Made by a program: the position numbers and the translations under genes. Below, one piece after another: positions 1-8,400 of a stretch of DNA of 52,241 nucleotides. The notes under the pieces were generated by a model. That model was not told the DNA's origin. It did no database searches and was given only the letters and a program-made list of their open reading frames with translations. The DNA comes from Stramenopiles sp. TOSAG23-2 (lineage: Eukaryota), in assembly GCA_900128395.1 (NCBI GenBank), contig LT649263.1, forward strand, positions 1 through 52,241. Direction: 5' to 3'. Each line of letters begins with the position of its first letter. Position 1 is the first letter of the stretch.

Positions 1-55
1 ATGCAAAAAATGGATCACCATGGTCTTTCATATGAATATTTTTCACCGAGGTCAT
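1..55 (-). CDS. Possible 5' end of a gene running off the left edge (MTSVKNIHMKDHGDPFFA...)
   Basis: Open minus-strand frame from ATG at 55 to the window edge, with coding-like composition compared with the AT-rich DNA that follows. No homology recognised. Confidence 0.25.
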   Translation of the reverse strand, partial: MTSVKNIHMKDHGDPFFA

Positions 56-960
56 GCCTTCTCGTATTAAAATCTTAGTTATTCTTTTCGTATATATATA
101 TATATATATACTGTAACGCCAAATCGTATAACTATATATGTATATGAATGTATATATACGTGAAAAAAATAACTATAACATTCAAATAGATTTAGATATT
201 TTAAAGAAAAAAACAATATAAATAATAATAAATAAAGTGTATTATTATTTGTTATATTGTATAGCTATAATAATAATAATAATAAAAGCAGCAAAAATCA
301 TCATCTTCTTAATCTCCCTCCCCCACTCCCACACGCGCGCGCGTCTTTTTTTTTTTTTTCCATTATCTATATCGCCTAGTAGATAAAATCAATTCATGCC
401 TATCACTTGCGACGAAGTGTTAACCCCCGAAATAACACTAATAAATATTGGATGCTAGTGGGTTGGGAAAAACGACCACTTTCATTTTTTGTACTTAAAA
501 GGTTATTTAGACTAACAAATGTTTTGTAAATTAAATATTATTATTTTTTTTTTATTTTTTTAGCAAAATAATCGATTTTTCTAGAAAATGCGCGCGTGGG
601 GGGGGGGGAGGGGGAGGGCTGCGCCGGTTTTCGTGGATGGACTTTTTTGCAAGCTACGTGCCGCCTACTGTAATCTCTGGTTATTGTACAATAGCACTTG
701 CTGGCTTGCAATCTGGCAATAGGGATAAAGAAAAGGGGGAAATCGAATCGAGCGTCGTGTGTTCCGACTAGAAATCGAATATGACACATATATAATACAA
801 AAATACATTATCCTTCATACATGTACGTATTGACATGTTTCATACCTATCATATTTTTTATACATTGATTTATAAATACCGACATATTTATTACGTTGCA
901 GTATATATATATATACGGTATATATTTATACATCGATATATTGACATATTTATATATAGT

Positions 961-1644
961 ATGAATAAGATAAAATTAAAAAAGAAAAGAAAATGCGATG
1001 GCGCTATATTGGTACATATAAAAAATGAAATCAGCGGTGAAAGGCACACAGAAGTCATGAAGACGACGATTGTATGGGAGAATTTTATGCAAATGTATGC
1101 AAAGAAACATGGCCTTCAAAGAAAGCAATTGCGTTTTCTATTTCAAACACATAACAAAAGCGGTTTAGATGAAATTTCTCCAGAGCTAAAGAAGAAAAAT
1201 GCGAAAAAAGAAATTAGTACTAATGCTGATAGTGGTCATAGTAATAGTAATAGTAATACTATGTCGAAAGTAAAAGGTGAAATTGCGCAACCAATAGCAA
1301 ATGATAATTTATCAATATTTGTGGGGGAAGTAGATTATGAAGCAACAGCAGTTGAATTGCATAAATATTTTGAGCCATGTGGTGGTATTAATTTAATCAC
1401 CATCCCTGTGGATAGATATTCGAAGCAACCAAGAGGTTTTGCATACATTGAATTTGTTGAAAAAGCTGGTTTGGAAAACGCTTTGTTACTTGATGATTCT
1501 GAATTTCGTGGTAGAAAATTAAAAGTACTTGCAAAGCGAAAAAATATATATGGTTACAATGCTTCGAGAGGTCGTGGTAGTTATTATGGAAGAAGGCGAG
1601 GTGGCTATCGTGGAAGAGGACGAGGTGGTTATCGTAGAAAATGA
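961..1644 (+). CDS. PABPN1: Nuclear poly(A)-binding protein (PABPN1/Pab2-like RRM + RGG tail) with an N-terminal SUMO-like segment
   Basis: RRM SIFVGEVDYEATAVELHKYFEPCG...PRGFAYIEF...LDDSEFRGRKLKVLAKRKN matches the PABPN1 family, followed by an RGG tail. Start placed at ATG 961 because 835-960 is (TA)-rich non-coding-like DNA. The TGA at 1642-1644 falls inside a repeat and the frame continues to 1722. Confidence 0.8.
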   Translation: MNKIKLKKKRKCDGAILVHIKNEISGERHTEVMKTTIVWENFMQMYAKKHGLQRKQLRFLFQTHNKSGLDEISPELKKKNAKKEISTNADSGHSNSNSNTMSKVKGEIAQPIANDNLSIFVGEVDYEATAVELHKYFEPCGGINLITIPVDRYSKQPRGFAYIEFVEKAGLENALLLDDSEFRGRKLKVLAKRKNIYGYNASRGRGSYYGRRRGGYRGRGRGGYRRK

Positions 1645-1677
1645 CGAGGTGGCTATCATAGAAAACGACGAGGTGGT
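1597..1677 (+). repeat. 24-bp coding tandem repeat (RGGY-R/H-G/R-R/K-x), about 3.4 units
   Basis: Units cgaggtggctatcgtggaagagga / cgaggtggttatcgtagaaaatga / cgaggtggctatcatagaaaacga / cgaggtggt. Confidence 0.85.
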
Positions 1678-2177
1678 AAATTTGGTGGATACATGTACGA
1701 ATCGTCGTCTTTAATTATATGAACACGGTATTTAACAAATCATACAAACTCGTAGGAATTTGTTTTACGCGTGTGTGTGTAATGTAGATCATCTAAAATA
1801 CGTAATGTTGTCGAAGTTCTCGTACATGCTCAAGCACAGCGTATGAAAAAATAATTTTTACTATGGTGGTCTCGGGTAATGACCAGGAAATGATTTTTCA
1901 TTATATATTAAAATATAAAAAAAAGTTCTAGATGAGATAATGCGTGTAAGAATTTCACCCACACATCCATATCTAAGGTATAGTAAACTTGATGAATTTA
2001 ACCTATTTTTAAAGTTTTCATTTTAAATTTTGAATATTTCTCGTTGTAATATTAATTATGGGTGGTGTAAAATAAATTTTGGCACGATACAGCACAAAGT
2101 CTCTACTACGCTCATTTCAAATATATGTATTTTTTATATATTTTTTTTTTATTTTTTTTTATGTTTTTACTAATCTC

Positions 2178-2411
2178 ACTTTAAAAACAAGCACACAAAG
2201 TCTCTACTACGCTCGTTTCAACAACCTATACCTTGTTGTTCTTAAATCATGCCATTGCATATCGTTATCTTCCTCATAAATTACGTAATGTTGACTTTAA
2301 AAACAAGCACACAAAGTCTCTACTACGCTCGTTTCAACAACCTATACCTTGTTGTTCTTAAATCATGCCATTGCATATCGTTATCTTCCTCATAAATTAC
2401 GTAATGTTGAC
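2178..2411. repeat. Exact 116-bp tandem duplication covering the 3' end of the HECT gene, plus a partial third copy at about 2092-2120
   Basis: actttaaaaacaagcac...gtaatgttgac starts at both 2178 and 2294. Confidence 0.9.
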
Positions 2412-5400
2412 CTTTCTCTGCATTATAATAATTAACAACACCATGAAACCAACGTGGGTTCATAACATTTGCGCCAGACCAATATACTAACAATTCAGCG
2501 CCAACATCAGTTCCATCAAATTTCATGTTAAATCCAGGCCATTCGCATCCATCTTGTTGAGTTTCCTTGGAATCTTTTGCATCCCCGTTGGCATTAGTAC
2601 TTGATCTAGTAGTAGTAGTCGTGGTTGTCGTCGTGGTAGTAGTCGTACTTATTGTACTTCCATCATTATTAACACTCATTTGTTGTTGTGTTGATGAAGA
2701 TGATGATGAAGTTTGTGATGGTGGTAACATAGGCAATGAATTTATTTCCATGCCTAAATGACTGGTATTTGAAGGTGGCATTATAGGCGACGGCTGTGGC
2801 GACGTAAAAAACTCCGACATGGAAGTTGAAGCTTCACCTTCATGAAATCCAGCTTCCAAACCATTAGCAACAGCCACTTTCAATCCATATTTTAATTCGT
2901 TTGACGATCTATAATGTGGAATATACAAATCATATGTACACGTGCGCGCTGTCGGTAAGTTTCCCGTGTTACCAGGCATAGGAAATGATACATTCATTGC
3001 TAAGCCAGGTGTTAAACGTGGAATCGCCGTAACAAATTCTAAAAATCGAGCGCGGTCGCGATTGTTCATAGCTACCAATTCCCTTATTAAGAATTGAAAC
3101 TCATTCGAGTCTTGCATGTCGGCTGTTGGAACTAATATTTCCTCAGCTAATTTTTCTGCATCCCATTCAACCACCGGTTCGCCACAAAACATTGAGCGCA
3201 ACTCTGTCGCAGAGAATGATGAAAGTTTAGACAAAGGCATGATGTCTTTTAAACCATCCCTAAACGCTGCTATTTGCTCTTCCACCCCAGACTTTAGCCA
3301 TCTTTCTGTAATTAAATCTACATACAAACTTAAACTTGCACTTGTTGCTTGCACACGATTCTCTGCTCCGCCAGGAAATAGTTCATCGGGTGCTAACTTA
3401 ACAACATTTTTGGTTTGATTGAATGATTTTTCTTTGATCAACGTTATATTATCTCTCCACGCTTTTTTGCGTTTCTTCTTTTTATTAGAACTGCTGCTGC
3501 TGCTGCTGCTACTCATACTACTACTACTACTACTACTATTACTACTATTACTTCCCTCGCCAAGTATATTATAATTATTATCATTATCTTTCATATTATC
3601 CCAGTTACGTTTCGAACGAGTTTTCCTGTTACCTTGCCTTCCAACAGCCATTTTTTTCGCATTTTCATTACGTATGTTGATGAGTTTTTCTTTCGTTTCC
3701 AGTTTTGCTTGTTGCTGTATTTTTTTCATCAATGTTCGAACTAATGTCATGTTGCCCTTCTTTTGAGCTGCAAACATTTCTTTTCTCAACATGGAAACCT
3801 TACTATTGTTTTGAGAAATAGAAACTTTCACCGAGCCTGCCATCGTTGGATCGACGAAACATAAATCCATTTGCGACAACCACTGTTTAATTGAAGTATA
3901 TTCTTTGCGACCAGAAACAGAGTGGCGTTTCGTAAAGAAATCTTCGCCAAAAATGTTGCATAATTCATTTCCAGTCATGTCAAAATACATCTCTGGTGCA
4001 AATCCAGGCCCATCCTCCTCGTTTGATAGGTTCTTCATCGCCTTCACAACATTTAACAAACCAGACATGAAACCATCCTTTCCTTCAATCAGTTTAATAG
4101 ACGATGCTGGAAGCACCTCGCCTTTGACAAGGGAGAAAAATTCAGTAGTTAATGGCAATGGTACGATGTATCCATCTAAATGCGCTTTGCCCATCAAACG
4201 TCCAAGAAATTTAAATCTTTCTAGCACTTGTGATCGCATTTTTGCCATTTTGGTATCATCCGTGCTTTTTGGTGGCAATGGTTTTGGCATTAAGCCATAT
4301 TTATTGACTAACATTCCTTCATTCTCATTTGTATCCACCGCCCACATTTGCACTTGCTTGTTAACGGAACGTGTTTGTAAAATTTTAGCCAACCCAGAAA
4401 AAAAACCTTGAGTTACGCCATCTCCAAACCCATTTTCACCAATAAACTGAACTTCTAATTTATTCGTTGTTTGGGCATGCAAGTTCATTAAAAACAGGCC
4501 ATCTTCCAACAAGTGATCATCATCATGCCGAACTTTGACAATATCACAACGCAATGCTCCTACATGGTGCTTCATTTCTGCTTCATGCAAACGATCGGCA
4601 GCTTGTGCGGCAAATTGAACAGCTTGCACTTGCTGTATTTCGTTATTAGAAGCAATAGCAAGATTATGTGCTCTTTCCGCTTCTTCAACTGCTGATCTTG
4701 CGCTTGATAAGTGCTTATTATGCTTTTGCAACCAATCGATAGTCCTCGAAACACCTAAGGATGTGCAACCAAGCCATTGTCGTCGTACTGAAATTGGTAA
4801 AAGAAATGGCGCAGCTTCAATAATGGCATTGCACCATGCTGGCAAATCGTTTCCGGCAACTACTAATGGTTTTTTCAGTTGGACGTTGACAATATGCCCC
4901 AATTTATTGGAACGAACAACATCTTTATAGCGATCATGATCTGTTTCCAACAAAAGTTTCAACAGAAACATGGCATTGATGGTCGATTTAGAAAACACTT
5001 CTTCACCTTCATTTTTAATATGGGCATCGATTTGAGCATGGAGTTTCACCCATGATAATTCTGTTTTGCTTTGTATTTTAATAGGTCCCATTTCGTCCAC
5101 ATCCATCATGGTAGACGCAACTTTTTGTTGTGAAGAAGAGGAGCTTGTCCCAGGAAGTGCATTGCTATTACTAAAAGTATCAATTGACATGCTGTTGCCA
5201 TCCGGCCCTGCTTTCAGTTTCTCCTTTTCTTCATCGAACATACTTTTGAGTTGTGATTTTAATGCAATTAACAACTTATCTTGTTTTTGGTTCGCTTTTA
5301 CACCCTCACTTTTAGCCAATTGTTGCAATTCTTTATAACTCATATTTTCAAGTTTCGCTAATTCATCTTGTAAAGAGCTAGTGTCGGCAAGAACCTCTGT

Positions 5401-8400
5401 CCCGTTTCCAAAATCTAGTAACAAATTGTAACACAAGTTGCATGCTTCTGCACTTCCCCATGGCGCTGTTTTTTCAACTTGCACTGAGTTTTCCCGTACT
5501 ATCGACATAAAAGATGATGCTGAAGTCAAAGCATCGTTCATAGTACTCAATGCTTGAAAAATAGTTGGGTTAGTGCTTTTAAAATCAAAATCTTTCGTAC
5601 GTTTGACAGCACCTCTACTCATGGGTGGTCGAGATGGCGTAGATGATGGTGTTTTAGAACTGCTACTATAGGACGAAGAATATCGTTCACGATCTGATGA
5701 TGAGGTAATTGCTGAGGAAGGATTTGCTGGGTCAATATGCCACTTCACAGAAAATTTCGGAACAACTAAAGAAATATCACCTTCAGCTTCACCATCCTTT
5801 AAGGCCTTTTCTTTGTTGGTGTCACCTTCGCTAACCTTCTTACTTTTATCTTCCTTGTTCATGATTGAACTACTTGCTTCGTTAGTTTCAACTGCCTTTT
5901 TATTTTTGCTGTTATTATTGCTATTGCTATTATTGCTACTACTACCACTTTCCCCCTCTTCTTTTGGTACTGGAGCATTCGCTCCACACATTGAACAAGT
6001 CTTGCCACTAGAATTAATGTATGTGCACACTTGACATACAAATGGCGCCTCGTGAGCATCTCGGCCGTCCGAAGAAAAGGAACTCCTTTGTCCGCTATTA
6101 CCCCTAACCGATGCGTTCGTCAATTGCTTCTGCATGCGCTCCTGCGTGGCTTCTCTTTCCATAATTTCCTTCGGGTTGATACGGCCAGGCTTGCCAGTTC
6201 GGCCCATGTCTAAACTTGGGAATGCTTGACTAACTTCGGCAACTACAACATCGTCCTCTCTTGGCCCATGCGATGAGCCAAATCGACGCAATCGATTATG
6301 GCTTGATATTTTTAATTCGTGCTGTCTCACATTTTTTAAAATTTCACCGCCTTCTTCCTCAACAACAGTATACACGTAATTACCACTCTCATTTTTGTGA
6401 TATCCCATCACAGTTCCAAGCTTATACCTTCCATTACTCCATTTGCTACCGTATCGCAATCCTGTTACGCGTGTACTACTACGTACAAGAACTCGAGTAC
6501 CACATCTGTGAGGGGAGTTGCTCCTTGATACAGGAATTCTTATCATATTGCGGGTGACGCTCAAATGATGGGTACCACTGGATGTATGTATCCGAACTTC
6601 AATTGATCCATCATCACCGACACGTAAAATACGACCAGGTGACCATCGCGGCCGACTGAATCCATCGCTTTCTTGCATTCTTTCACTTAATATTTCCTCG
6701 ATACTTCGTGGGTGGGATGAGCTGGTATTGCCACTGGCACTACTACTTCGAATAATGTTTTCATTTGCTAACACTTCTACATTTGTATTTGGTTTCAACT
6801 CGGTCTCCTTTGGAATAGTACGAATGTGTTCAAATGGGACACGATCAACATCCCCATCATCAAAATGTACTGTTACAGTATTATCACCCCTCCAAACTTC
6901 ACTAACTGCACCTTTGTAATACCTAGTTGAATTGCGATACCTAGCTACAATACGTTGGCCTGGCTTCAACGGTGGTACTGCCCCGCTTGCAATAGCCTTT
7001 GTTGGAGTTTCAATCCCTTGCGTCTTTTCCTCTTCCTTCGTCTCATCGCTTCTTTCATCATTCATTTTCAAAGAAATATTTTGACCTTCTTTCACAATTT
7101 TGTAATCACACATACATAGTTTCATGGCTCGTGGTGCCTGGTCAGCGCATGTGATCGTATGTGTACCATCCATTCTATTGTATGATTTGACAAGTAGCCG
7201 TTTTGGTTTGATACCAGACACAAGTGCACCACCACCAAAAATAGTACACCCAACAAGTCGTTTACAATACAATATATATCTCGGATCGCGGATACGAATC
7301 ACAGAAAGAACCCGACGTTCAAACGCATTCATCCGTAATAACGGCTGGACAATCATCATATCCATAGGGTTTGGCGAATGGAAGTACAAATCATCCACTG
7401 TTTGACTAGGGCACTTTTGAGAGCGTCGTAAACTTAAATCTAAACCAGTCGTAATGTTTTTCAAAGATACACGATTTCCGCTTCTCTTTCTATAATACAA
7501 GATTTTCAAATCTGCGGGCTTGATTGCTGTACTTCTTAACAACGATATTAAATTGTTAAATGCTCTCGTTTTGTTCAAGATCGGCTCTACTATTTTCTCT
7601 ATGCCATCATTTAATTTTATACATTCCAACAAGTTGTTGCAGACATCATATTCTTGAAACGCATTGACAGATAACGGAAGATCGCTCTTGCCACTATTCA
7701 ATTGGCCCATTAGCGCTAATATGAATGATTTAAAATTACCAGCTTTTAGATTCTTGCATACATCTATAATGTTTCGCGCCCGTTCTACATGTAAATTATT
7801 CATTTCTGTAACTTTCAGGGTAAACAGTCTCATGGCTTTTTCGGAATCCGATAGCTCCTCGCTGTTAACGTCGCCAATAGTCGTAGTAGGGTCCCTTACT
7901 TTCCTATTATATTGCTTGGCCTTTCCACGTTTTCGTTTCGAACTATTAGATCGACCTTTGTCACTTACCCCCCTTACTCTTGTCATGGCACCATTACATT
8001 TGCTTTTTGCTGAAGATATTTGTCTTGCAACATTTGCGGCAATATTTGAGCATTGGTTTGCATCAATATACTTCAATTCCCAATGGTTTTTAGATACGTG
8101 CGATTCCTTTCCTAAATATTTAGCAACATTTTTTAGCCCATACCATGATGCATGGTAATATAAATATGGGAAACGAGAAATTACTTCGCCAACAGTTGCT
8201 AATCCGCTCATTAACAAAGTTATATCCGTATCATCTCTACGGCCTTCTATAAAATTAAATAGCATTGCAACCTTTGCCACATCGGGATCACGTGCTGTAC
8301 TGGGATACATCGATACGCAGTATCGAATCAATTTTAATACACGATGATGCATATGCATACTGGTCGATTTTGCCTCTAGCATAAGCGGTATACATTCAAA

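Noticed and set aside
835-960. Upstream ORF extensions given in the track (also 11829, 15314, 18754, 29084, 33020, 36342)
   Set aside because: TA-rich, Ile/Tyr-rich translations or non-ATG starts. Downstream ATGs in A-rich context fit better.
1642-1644. Alternative genetic code or selenocysteine at the internal TGA
   Set aside because: TGA, TAA and TAG all terminate well-conserved genes in this window, and the position corresponds to Arg/Gly in a repeat, not Cys.
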